A stretch of 64,000 nt of DNA from Squalus acanthias (lineage: Eukaryota), in assembly GCA_030390025.1 (NCBI GenBank), contig CM059425.1:168766001-168830000 (forward strand), read 5' to 3'. The position numbers and the translations under genes were made by a program. Numbering within the stretch: position 1 is the stretch's first letter; each line of letters starts with the position of its first letter. Below the pieces are notes generated by a model that was not told where the DNA came from, did not search any database, and worked only from the letters and a program-made list of their open reading frames with translations. This document shows, piece by piece, positions 1-12,500 of the stretch.

Positions 1-76
1 AGATCAGCCATGGTTCTATTGAATGGCGGAGCAGGCTCAAGGGGCCGTATGGCCTATTCCTGTTCCTAGTTCTTAT
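1..76 (+). mobile_element. CR1 3' end
   Basis: gaatggcggagcaggctc...ggcctattcctgttcct matches the other CR1 3' UTRs in the window. Confidence 0.7.
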
Positions 77-1059
77 GGGGGTGAAAAATTTGGGGCGATA
101 ACTTTTAAAAGTTTGAAAAATAAGCGCCAGACGCTATGTTTTTCTAACTTTTAAAAATTTGGTTTTCTCGCTCCAAGAGGGAGGTGGAGCACTAATTCAA
201 GCGCTCCACTTCCATCTTGGAGCGCGGCCGGCAGCAGGAGGGGCGGTGAGTTCTGCACATTGGGCCGTGCAGCGCTGCCGCGTTGGAAGGCTCCTTCCCT
301 CAGAGAAAGGCCATCGCTGCAGGCTCTGCAAAAGAAAGGGCACCTACCTGGACCACCAAGGGAGCTGCGAATCCGCGTGATCAGCCCAGCACTCAGAGTG
401 CCATGCTGATCAATCGCGGGCAGGAACCCGCAAAAAAAAATCAAAAAAGGTACTCTTTTTTACTTAACTCCGCCACCTCACCTTTAAGCATCACCCCCGA
501 AGCGGTCGGTCGCCCGATGCACGTCCCCTGAAGCTGGCGTTGTTTTCGCCCGGTGATGCTTCAGGGGGCGGAAATGAATTTCGGGTCCAGGGCGCTACCG
601 GGGCGATGCATGGCTGGATGACGTCACGATCTCCGGCTGCAGGCGGGCGTGGCGATGAGGGTTACTGCTGCCGCAAACCGGCAGGTGAATTTCACGGGTG
701 GCAAGACCTTAGCGCCCCGTTATTGCCCCCCGCAGGTGTTAACGGGAGGCGCTAAGGCACCGAATTTCTAGCCCCATGTTCCTTCCTGTGGGTGTCCTGC
801 CCGCCTGCTCAAAAGAGCAGGTTAATATGGGGACACTGCGGGAAGGAAGTGGGATCGGACCGGGTATGTAACTCCCATTATTTTAACTGCCACCATCCAG
901 CCCAATTAAAATCGGGGCCATAGTTCTTGATCCCTGAAGCAAAGTTTCTGGATATTCCAGCATTGTGAAGAAATACTAAAGAACACGCCGTCGATAAATA
1001 GTTAAATGCACGTATACCATATTCAGATAACTGCTCTGCAGAGGTGGAAGTAGGCTGTC

Positions 1060-2335
1060 TTTGTGATGGGGAGGATATGAGGTCAGAAGCTCGGTTTGGG
1101 GTCATAGAGGATGTAACGTTGTGAACACGCAGTTTCAACCTGGGACAGTGGCCGGGGAGGGGAATGGAATCAGTAGTGAGGTTAGAGTTTGTGGCAGGGA
1201 CCAAAGACAATGGTTTCGATCTTCCCAGTGTTTAACTGGAGGAAGTTGTAGTTCATCCAGGACGGGATGTCGGACAAGCAGGCTGACAACACAGAGGCAG
1301 AGGAGAGTTCGAGAGAGGTGGTGGAGATGTAAAGCTGGGTGGTGTTGGTGTATATGTGGAACCTGACGTCACATCTTTGGGTGATGTTGCTGAGTGGCAG
1401 CATATGGATGAGGAAGTGGAGGGGGCCAAAGATAGATCCTTGTGGGAGTCGAGAAGTAACTGTTAGCAACTCTGCTGACCAGTTCTCTCTGATCTTCAGC
1501 TCAGATTCAAACCCCACATTCTATCCATTACCAAGAACCCTTGCTTTCACCTCCGCAACATTGCTTGCCGACCTCAATCCTCCTCTGCACTAAAACTTAT
1601 ACATGATTTTGTCACCTCCAGACTCAACTATACCAATACCCTCCTTGCTGGCCTTCCATCCTCCACCCTCCATCAATTCCAACTTGTTCAAAACTCTAGT
1701 GCACATATCCTGGCCTCCTTATGTCATACTTGCCTATCATCCCGACCTCACTGACCGACTTTGGCTCCATGTTCACTAATCCACTCAATTCAAAATCCTT
1801 GTCTTAGTTTTAAATCCCACCATGACTTTGCCTCCCCTCCGGATCCAACCTCATATCCTCTCCATCACCAAGACCGCCTACTTCCACCCACCTGCTGCCA
1901 AAAGCCTCATCCATGGTTTTGTTACCTCCAGACTGGACCATTCCAATGCCCTCCCGGCCAGCCTCCCATCTTCAACCTTCGTAAACTTGAGATCATCCAA
2001 AACTCTGCTGCCCATATCCGAACTCGCAATGTCCCGTTCATCCATTACTCCTGTGTTTGCTGACCTACATTGGCTCCTGTCCAGCAATGCCTCGAATTTA
2101 AAGCTTTCATCCTGTGTTCAAATCCCTCCATGGCCTCACCCCTCTCTATCTTTGTAACCTCCTCCAGCCCCACAACCTTCTAAGATCTCTACATTCTTCC
2201 AATTCAGGCCTCTTGTACATCCCCAACTTCGATTGCCCCAACATTAGCAGCTGTGCATTCTGATAATGCTCCTGTAAAGCACCTTGGGACATTTTACTAC
2301 CTTAAAGACGCCATATAAATGCACGCTGTTGTTGT
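1060..2335. mobile_element. L2-type LINE fragments (about 1060-1470 -, about 1490-2335 +)
   Basis: PQGSIFGPL...YTNTTQLY...LQLNTGKIE; LIHGFVTSRLDHSNAL; gccatataaatgcacgctgttgttgt tail. Confidence 0.82.
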
Positions 2336-3472
2336 ATTTATTATTTTCTCAACTTCCTGTCTTTTGGTATCTTTGTGCTACCCATCATTCCTTTCTGGGA
2401 GGGAGATTAATTGTCTAGCTTCCAAACCTCAGCCAATGCTCCTCTGCTACTGGAGGTAGGAGGCACACAAGAGTGGTCTGGGTTGACACTTTTTTCTGAT
2501 TTGTCTCCCAGTGGGGAAGTACCTGATCTTCGCTCATCACTTTCTCATGATGGTGAGGCTGAAATTGTGAATTCACTGTGAGAAATAGAAAATGCAAACC
2601 TGCGTCTCAGCACGGAGATATTTTGCCACTCCAGTACCATACATTTCAACTCTTAATTTTCGGGGAGGGAGCGTGTCAGCGGCCGGGAAACCAGGAAATG
2701 CTGGGAATGCGGAGGTCCTGCCGAGGAGAGATTGTGGGGTGGGGGGCAGGGGAGAGATCACGGCTGAAGGTTTGCTTGAGTGGCAGGGGGGAAGCACTCC
2801 TGCTCCTCCTGGGACACAAGCAGTGCTGGAAAAGCACTTGCATGCTGGATCTGGCCGCTCCCACCGCCCTTCAGCTGCCAGGTTCCTGAGGCTTGGGAAA
2901 CCTGGCCCACAGCTGTTAAATTTAAATGGCTGCCAAAATCTGAGGAACGGAGCCTCATTAACATATTATAATCACTGACCCGCCTCTCCAGAGTGGGTTA
3001 CTCGGCCGACCCCAAACCTGCCGTGGTTAAACCAGAAGTAGGTGCGTTCGTGGCGGGTTGGGTTCAGGTTTCACATTTTTAACAACTTAACTCCCTCGAC
3101 CCCCTCGCACCCATCGTGCGGGGGTTAAAATTTCCCTAATATTTCTGTCAGTGGCACGCTTCTATTTCTTTGATCCATATATAATATCTCCTGAATCCTA
3201 GAGCTCAAGCAATCTGACATATTGATGTTTCACTAAAAAAAAGTTTATTAATACTTTGTCCTGAATATCACCAATCTTGCAGCAAAATTTAAAAAGTACA
3301 GATGCATTATTCAGTTGTTGGCTTAGGACTTTATGTCTGTTTGGGAAAGAGAAAGGTCACATGCTACATTTAACGTGCTGGATAGGTAGTTTTTACATTA
3401 GGAATGGTCAAATGGAGATGCTACATTTCACTGACAATGCTAATAATTTACTCATGTTTTCCTCCACTGTAG

Positions 3473-3589
3473 TTCTTTTGACCAAAAACATATATATCAG
3501 CCTCAAGGTATTGGACCAATTCAGTACAACACTATCCTTACTTTGGATCCAGTCAGTGTGAAAGTGCTTAATGCTGTGGGAGCAAATAT
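3473..3589 (+). CDS. PAM: PAM exon (117 bp) [38 protein letters not shown]
   Basis: ctgtag acceptor, gtaagt donor; aligns by eye to human SFDSKFVYQQIGLGPIEEDTILVIDP. Confidence 0.93.
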
Positions 3590-6500
3590 GTAAGTACAGA
3601 TGACCGTGAACATTTTCTCGAACTATTCTATCGTTTCAGTTGCAGATTTTGTCTCTAATAAAGCGCACTTGCTGGTCTGTAATATTTGTTGATGAAGTCG
3701 CCCGATCCAGCTGTTTCGAAAACACTTCACAAATGCTACATGTTCAAATTTATAACATTTTTCCCCTCCAAGAATGCTTTTTTTCAAAGCCTTAAATTGA
3801 CTTGAGATTTTAATTAGTTTGTCATCTGTAATCTGTTTTTTGTTTAGAGTATTAGAATCCATTTCCTAACAGATAAATGTGCAAAAATATTGACATGGAA
3901 TGACATCCATTGTACAAATAATTATTTCCATACATTTCCTGAAAAGCAGTAAGTTATTGCCAGTAACCAGCACCTCTCTACAGTTATCTTTTAATGCATC
4001 CAGAACATCGTAAACTACTCGTGTAGGATAACCTAGATTCAAGCGTTTTTCCAAGAAATGAAAACAAATGCATAGCAACTGGATTTAAATTTAAAACCCA
4101 CAGTAGGTAGGACTGTCACAGGGCAGCAATTGATGTGGTCATTGGACCTCCCTCCAAAGTCATGGCCCTTGGTGAAGATAATACTTTCTGTGGTGCTGAA
4201 AAGTGACAGCCCAAAGACAGACTCCAGTCAGAGTTTGTCTAAACCTGCAAGAAACTATATACACAACCTGAAGTTACAGAACTGAACAAACATTCTCCCA
4301 AATCCAAACACAACAAAAAGTTTGATTGTGAGAGTGTTTGGGCCTCTGAAGGATTGACAACAATATTATTGTAAATTTTCAAAGGGTAGGGGCTGCAAGG
4401 GCACCTATTGCTTGTTTCCTGGGGGGGGTGGGGGGCGGTGATGTCCCCCTCTTTCCCCCCCCCCCCCCCCCCAGGCCTGGGCTGCTATGCCAAATTTCCC
4501 GTCTTCTTTCATATGGGATGGGGTGCTCATGGCACAAATATTCACTATTTGCAGGATCCTTCCCCTGACCCTGGAAAGCTCACCAGGGTCAGCTGAGAAG
4601 TTCCTGGCAGTCAGGATCTTGGCGTAATTGCTGGGAACATTCACCCACAGATTTTTTCGAGCATACATTTTACCACTGAAATGCCTTTGGCATTCTGGCT
4701 CAAAGAACTAATGATGATGACTTTGTTTTTCTTAACGGGCAACTAGAAAATTAGATTGCAAAATACTGCGGATGTTGGAAAATTGAAACAACAACAGAAA
4801 ACGCTGGAAAAACTCAGCAGGCCAGGCAACATCCGTGGCGAGAGAAACAGAGTTAACGTTTCAGGTCGAAACCCTTCGTCAGAACTGAGAAAAAAGCAGG
4901 AAATGAAACAGATAAAAAAGCAAGGGGGAGGCTGGGGCGAGGAATAAAAGAACAAAAGGGGTGGTCTATGGTAAGTAGAGACATTAAGAGATGCTCAAGG
5001 CAAGACGCGATGGTAATCGGACAGGTTAAGAAACAAAAGGTGGCTCAGAAGTGTGAAATGTGAAATGCTGGCAGAATGAGAGACAGCTGCTGTGGGGGGA
5101 GAGAGAGACAAAAAAAGGGAAAAGGCACAAACCAAAAGGGTGGATAAAATGTATAGGGGCCGAGGTTATGATCTGAAATTGTTGAACTCGATATTGAATC
5201 CGGAAGGCTGTAAAGTGCCTAATCGGAAGATGAGGTGCTGTTCCTCGAGCTTTACACTTCACAGCCTTCCGGACTCAATATCGAGTTCAACAATTTCAGA
5301 TCATAACCTCGGCCCCTACCACACATTTATTTATATATATATATATATATTTTATCCACCCTTTTGGTTTGTGCCTTTTCCTTTTTTTTCTCTCTCTTCC
5401 CCCCCCCCTACCCACAGCAGCTGTCTCTCATTCTGCCAGCATTTCACACTTCACACTTCTGAGCCACCTTTTGTTTCTTAACCTGTCCTATTACCATCTC
5501 GTCTTGCCTTGAGCATCTCTTAATGTCTCTACTTACCACAGACCACCCCTTTTGTTCTTTTATTCCTCCCCCCAGCCTCCCTCTTGCTTTTTTATCTGTT
5601 TCATTTCCTGCTTTTTTCTCAGTTCTGACGAAGGGTTTCGACCTGAAACGTTAACTCTGTTTCTCTCTCCACGGATGTTGCCTGGCCTGCTGAGTTTTTC
5701 CAGCGTTTTCTGTTGTTGTTAGAAAATTAGATTGTCGATCAAGCTCTGTTCACTGTTGCATATAAACACCATTATTGAATTACAAGATTTTCCTCATATT
5801 CATTCCTACACTTTTATTTAGAATTTAAATATACTGTTACGAACATACAAACCTACAACAATGTCAGACATTAAAAGACTAACTGGTACATTAAAAGACT
5901 AACTGGTCCATCAAATCTGTTCCATACTGTCGAGGTAGAATTTGTGCACACCATGACCCCAATCCACCCTCTCCCCACCAGCAGCCAGCCACGTAATCTC
6001 CCGGGAGAGGCAGAAAAACAAAGAAATAAACCCTCGGCCAATTTAGGAGAACAAAAACTCTGGAAAATTCCTCTCCAATCCCCAAAGGTGATAAAACAAG
6101 TTCCAGGTGATCTCAGTCACTGTTGAGACACATCTGCCAATCCTACTCTTTCCTTTTATACGCAGTGATATCAGCCAAGCTCGGAACACATCCAGTTCTC
6201 TTTTGGATGTTTGCCGCGAATCCGGACTCACTACGAGAGTTGGCAGCTTGTTCCATAGGTTCACAACTCTGAAAAGACATACGTCCTGACATCTAACCTA
6301 GTTCTATGCTTACTTAACTTATACTCATACCCCCTGATCCTCTTGAATCTACCTAACTCAAATAGCCTATCTAAATGGGCTGAATCGAATCCTTTCAATC
6401 AAATCTCATCAGGAAACTAACTATAATGGATTTGCCAATGTCCAATCACTCAGGGACGTAGGTTAAAATCTGGCCCAGACTAATGGTATCAAAGTCTGTT

Positions 6501-9500
6501 CTGTCGTAAAGGTAAAAGGAGTTTTGACCGTCTCGGCCTATTCCCATAACACAAAATTGATTACAATCTGGTACGAAACGAACATTCCTATGTAGACGGG
6601 CTGTGAGGTTGGCCAGTGTAATTCAAAGTGTTTAGTTAGGTGATGCTTTTGCTTTGGGTTGAGGCAACATGCTGGGGTGGTGTAGAAGACTTTTACACCT
6701 GGCTATGCCATCCATGACCTGGGAGTGTCTGTTGGCTGCCCAAAATGTAAAAACATCCCATTCCCCTGCACTGACGTCATTTGCCTTGAGAAGCGCAAAA
6801 GTAAATTCATGCAACATCAATAGGGCCCTGCAGCTGGCTTCAGTGACATATATGGCTAGGGAAGGTTAAAGAAATCCAGAGTTCTGGCTCCCAATTGCAA
6901 TGCAGCAATTCCTGTTGCGAGTGTATGTAGATATATATGGACACTAGGTGAGGACAAGATCAGGCTAATCTGTGACTGGACCATTGTCAAACAGCCCATC
7001 AACACTCACTGTCCAAGCTCACACTATGAAGATATCAGGGCTGCTGGCACCTGTGTAACTATACCCTGACATGCCTTTATGAGAGGGGGGCTAAGGGAAA
7101 TAAATCATTTTTAAAATTTACTGAAATTTTTCAAAAGTACGATTTTCAATCTTTTTGAAATCTACTTTCTTTAGACTTCAAAAAAAAAATTACCTGTTTC
7201 AGTGATTGGTATTTAGTGAAAGCAGATTGTCACAAGTTGATGAAAAGTCACATTATTAACATTTCTTAGTTTATATATACTTTTCAAACTTCCTTGTAAG
7301 TATTTGTGTGAAGACTGAATCCAAATTAGCTCAATATTGACAATGTTTCAGCATGCAGTTCATGTATTGTAAAATATGAAAGCAATATGCTCCCAACTAT
7401 TTTTCTCTCCAATGTTTTACGACAATCTTACTCTTTTGACTACTAAATAAACGGTACAGGAACTAACCTATCCCTAACCATCTGACAAGAAACAACTTTG
7501 TAGCTGGAGAAAGCAAACAGTGGTACACTTGTGCCCATCATCTGATTGTTGTGATGACTGAAAATTGATGAAACTTAGCCCAGTTGTGACTACTATGTTG
7601 GGTCATTGGCTGCAAGTTTGCTAAATATATTTGTTGTTCAAATCGGTCGAGCATGATTTTACCTGACAACCTGTTATTCTACATTACAGTTTCTATCTAC
7701 CCCATGGTATAAGCACAGACAAAGATGACAACTTCTGGGTAACTGATGTGGCACTTCATCAGGTAGGAGTCCAAGCTTGGTAAAGTCATAGGGGTGGAAA
7801 TTGGATTAGGCCCAAAAACGGGCGCGGGGATCATGATGTGCGATCTGCCCGCGCTCATTGAAAGTGGTGCAGGCAGCATACAAAATTCATGCTGCCTGCT
7901 CATTATAATGATTGGAGCGGTGAGCTCAGCATTAATCCTCCTCCTCCTCCTCATGTGCTGGGCGTGGTCACACACCAACTGCACATTAAGTGAGTGGTAG
8001 CCTTTGCGATTCCGGACCATCCCAGGATTGATGTGCACCATGGGGAAGCTCGATGCCCTGGTAAAGCCACATGCGTGCTTCTCTCTGTTCAGAGAGAACA
8101 CAATGAAATTACTTCTCCTGGAGTACAGAGCCTCCGGATGCAGCGATAGACGTCGATCTGGGGGATGTTAGATATGTCGCATGCTGCAGACTGGAAGGAT
8201 CCGGTTGCGAAAAAATTCAGGGCCACTGGCCGTGCCATCATCGCCCTGGTCTGAGGTTGCAGGATGTGGCAGAGTTCTGTAACCACCTCCTTGGTGAAGC
8301 GGAGCCTCCAGATACACTGCTCCTAGCTCGAGTGCAGGAAGGAGAAGTGCTCTCGGAAAACCCTAGGTGGATAAGGCCTCCTGCTGAGAGACCTCCTTCC
8401 CCCCTCCTCCTCTTCCCTCTGTGAGCAGCTTGTTCCTCTTTGCTGCCTCTGCTCCATCTCCCTGTCATGCTGCAGTGGGAGGGGTACTGCAAGTAGAGCT
8501 CCCATGACTGGGAGCAAGTCTGACCTGAACCCTTGAATTCAGAAGCAAGGCCTTCTCCACTTGCAGCACCACTCCCTGTCACCTCACCAACTTTAAACAA
8601 CTGTAGAAAGTTCAAATACTTCCACAAACTTACACAGCCAGTAGAAATCAAAAAGCAAGTTACCTGAAAATTGTTGATGATCCCTTTAAATCACACTGGT
8701 GGGAGGTCCCTCATGCAGCTGAACGCACGTTCAGCTGTGCGTGCTTAGGAGAGGGCGTGCAGTCGAGCGGCGACATTCAAAATAGCAGGTTATGTGTCAA
8801 ATCAGCATTGCATGCTGATTGATGTCACAATCTGCCTCATTTGCATTCTTGTGGTGAACACAGGCAACGGCTGCGCTACCGACCTGCCCAAAATGGCGAC
8901 CGCCCCAGAAGTGGTCGGAAGCAAGGCAGCCGCCATTTTTCTGCTGAAACCGGTCTTAAATACCGGCGGTAAGAGGGGCAATTTCGCGGCCAGAGTTTCT
9001 AACTCATGATCTTTTTGAAGAAATACAGTAATAATGATTTTATAGATGCTCAGACCTCTTAAGTGTCATATTGAGCAATATATTCATAAACAACAGTTAT
9101 GTGATAATGAAGCAGCCTAAAGCAGGATTTGGACACAACATCCAGTGCTTGGACTGACAAGTAGCAGGTAACATTCGCACCACATAACTATCAGGTAATG
9201 GCCATCTCTGGCCAGAAAAAGCCCAACCACCACCTCCTAACCTTCAATCGCACTACCATCGCCAGGCCTCCCATCATCTTGGGGATCACCATTGATCAGA
9301 AACTTAAGTGGACCAGCCATATCAACAAAGTGACTACAAGAGTAGGGCAGAGGCTCGGTGCTTTTCAATGAGTGACTTACCATCTGAACCTCAAAGCTTG
9401 TTTACAAGACTGTGATGGAATACTCATTGCTCGCTCAGTTGGGTGCAACTGCAGCAACACTTAAGCTGTACACCATCCAGGACTGAGCAGCCTGTTTAAT

Positions 9501-12500
9501 CGCCACCCCTGCCACTGGACTCGATAACCATTCTCTTTACTGCCTGTACACTGTGGCTGCAATGTGTACTCTCTACAGGATGCATTGTAGCAACTCACCA
9601 AGGTTACTATGACAGCACCTCCCTGCCCCGTAACCGCCACGACAGAGAAGGACCAGATGTCATGGGAACATCATTTCCTCCAAGTCTCACAGTATCCTGA
9701 CTTGGACACGTATCTCTATTCCTTCAGCATCAGTGGGTCAAAATCTTGGGATTCCCTAGTTAACCCCATCATGGGAGCAATATCACCTCAAGGACTTCAA
9801 CAGCTCAAGAAGGCAGCCCACCACCATCATCTCCGGGCAACTAGGGTTGAGTGATAAATGTGGCCTTGCCAGTGTCACCGATAACTCATGAACAATTTTT
9901 TTTTAGTTTCATTTTATAATTGAGATCTGTACCATACATCTAATAAATTAACATGTTCTGTGTAATGTTTACAGTTATGATTGTGATAGATGTTTCTATT
10001 TCTGTCTCCAAAAATAGGTTTTCAAGCTGAGACCCAATGGTGAATATTTGTTCGTTCTTGGACAAGCCTTTGAGCCAGGAAGTGACAATAATCATTTCTG
10101 TCAGCCCACCGATGTGGCAGTGGATCCATCTAGTGGTAATTTCTACGTGTCTGATGGCTACTGCAACAGCAGGATTATTCAATTTTCTCCAGAGGGAAAG
10201 TTCATCATGCAGTGGGGAGAAGGTACGGTGTATCGAGAGACATTTTTTTAATCATTTGCTGCACTGTTGGAGGTGCTGTCTTTCGGATGAGACATCAAAC
10301 CGAGGCCCCGTCTGCTTTCTCGTGGCCGTAAAAGTTCCCATGGCACTATTTCGAAGAAGAGTAGGGGAGTTATCCCCGGTGTCCTGACCAATATTTCTCC
10401 CTCAACCAACATAACAAAAAAACAGATTATCTGGTCATTATCACATTGCTGTTTGTGGGAGTTTGCTGTGTGCAATTTTGGCTGCCGCGCTTCCCACATT
10501 ACAACAGTGACTACACTTCCAAAGTACTTCATTGACTGAAAAGCACTTTGAGACGTCCGGTGGCCGTGAAAGGCGCTATATAAATGCAAGTCTTTTTCTT
10601 TCTTTAGAAGCAGAATTTGAATTTTGGAAAGTATTCAAAATACAATGGAGGGCGATTTTAGCAGTAGGCGGAGTTGGTGCGTGGGTGGGGGGATGAGGCA
10701 AGTGGCATTGCCCATAGCATGGGACTGGAGGACAGACTGTAAGGGTGGCAGGTTCTCTTCCCTGAAGGACATTAGTGAACCAGTTGGATCTTTACAACAT
10801 TCCAGCAGATTTTCTGGTGCTAGTCACAAATTATTAGAAATCAGTACTTGCCACATTGGGATTTGAACTCTCAATCTCTGGCTTTCATAGGTACTGATAG
10901 TAATCAACTGTTGGAACAGATGCATCCTGTATCTTCCAATCAATACGTTTTAGATCCTCTTTTTGGCTGTGCATAACTTTAATACTGTACTTGAAGACTT
11001 CCATCTGTATCCCACTGGTTAAAATGGTGAGTAGAGCTCACTAGATCACCACGTGAATCTGCCAACAATTCAATATCTTCTGTAAAAATAAGCACCACAA
11101 TACTTTCAGAGGTGCTAAGAACAGACACTGTGGCCCGGATATTTACTCGGGGATGTGAAGAGAGTGGGGTGTATTTCTGGACAGGAAATTAATGCTGAAA
11201 TTAACAGCAGGACGTCTTTTATAGAGTCATAGAGTTATACAGCACAGAAAGAGGCCCTTCGACCCATCGTGTCCGCGCTGGCCATCAAGCCCTGTCTATT
11301 CTAATCCCATTTTCCAGCACTTGGTCCATAGCCTTGTATGCTATGGTGTTTCAAGTGCTCATCTAAATGCTTCTTGAATGTTGTGAGGGTTCCTGCCTCT
11401 ACCACCCTTTCAGGCAGTGAGTTCCAGATTCCAACCACCCTCTGGGTGAAAAAGTTTTTCCTCAAATCCCCTCTAAACCTCTTCCCCCTTACCTTGAAAC
11501 TATGCCCCCTGGTTATTGACCCCTCTACTAAGGGGAAAAGTTCCTTTCTATCTACCCTATCTATGCCCCTCATAATTTTGTACACCTCAATCAGGTCCCC
11601 CCTTAGCCTTCTCTGCTCGAAGGAAAACAACCCCAGTCTCTCCTCATAGCTGAAGCGCTCCAGCCCAGGTAACATCCTGGTGAATCTCCTCTGCACCCTC
11701 TCCAATGCAATCACATCCTTCCTATAGTGTGCCGACCAGAACTGCACACAGTATTCCAGCTGTGGCCTAACTAGCGTTTTGTACAGCTCCATCATAACCT
11801 CCCTGCTCTTATATTCTATGCCTCGGCTAATGAAGGCAAGTATCCCATATGCCTTTTTAACCACCTTATCTACCTGTCCTGCTGCCTTCAGGGATCTATG
11901 TACATGCCCACCAAGGTCCCTCTGATCCTCTGTCCTTCCTAGGGTCCTACCATTCATTGTGTATTCCCTTGCCTTGTTAGTCCTCCCAAAATGCATCACC
12001 TCACACTTCTCCGGGTTAAATTCCATTTGCCACTGTTCTGCCCATCTGACCAACCCATCTATATCGTCCTGTAGCCTGAGGCTTACCTCCTCGCTATTTA
12101 CCACTCCACCAATTTTTGTGTCATCTGCGAACTTACTGATCATACCTCCTACATTCATATCTAAATCATTAATGTACACTACAAACAGCAAAGGACCCAG
12201 CACCGATCCCTGCGGTACACCACTGGACACAGGCTTGCAGTCACAAAAACAACCTTCGACCATCACCCTCTGCCTCCTGCCACTAAGCCAATTTTGGATC
12301 CAATGTGCCAAATTGCCCTGGATCCCATGGGCTCTTACCTTCTTGACCAGTCTCCCATGCGGGACTTTGTCAAAAGCCTTACTGAAGTCCATGTAGACTA
12401 CATCAACTGCACCACCCTCATCCACACACCTAGTCACCCCCTCGAAAAATTCAATCAAATTGGTTAGACATGATCTCCCCCTGACAAAGCCATGCTGACT

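Noticed and set aside
5868..5907. Exact 20-bp tandem duplication ACATTAAAAGACTAACTGGT
   Set aside because: It is real but looks like ordinary slippage within an old CR1 tail.
6640..7095. Possible old SINE-like sequence
   Set aside because: Too degenerate to assign a family or boundaries by eye.
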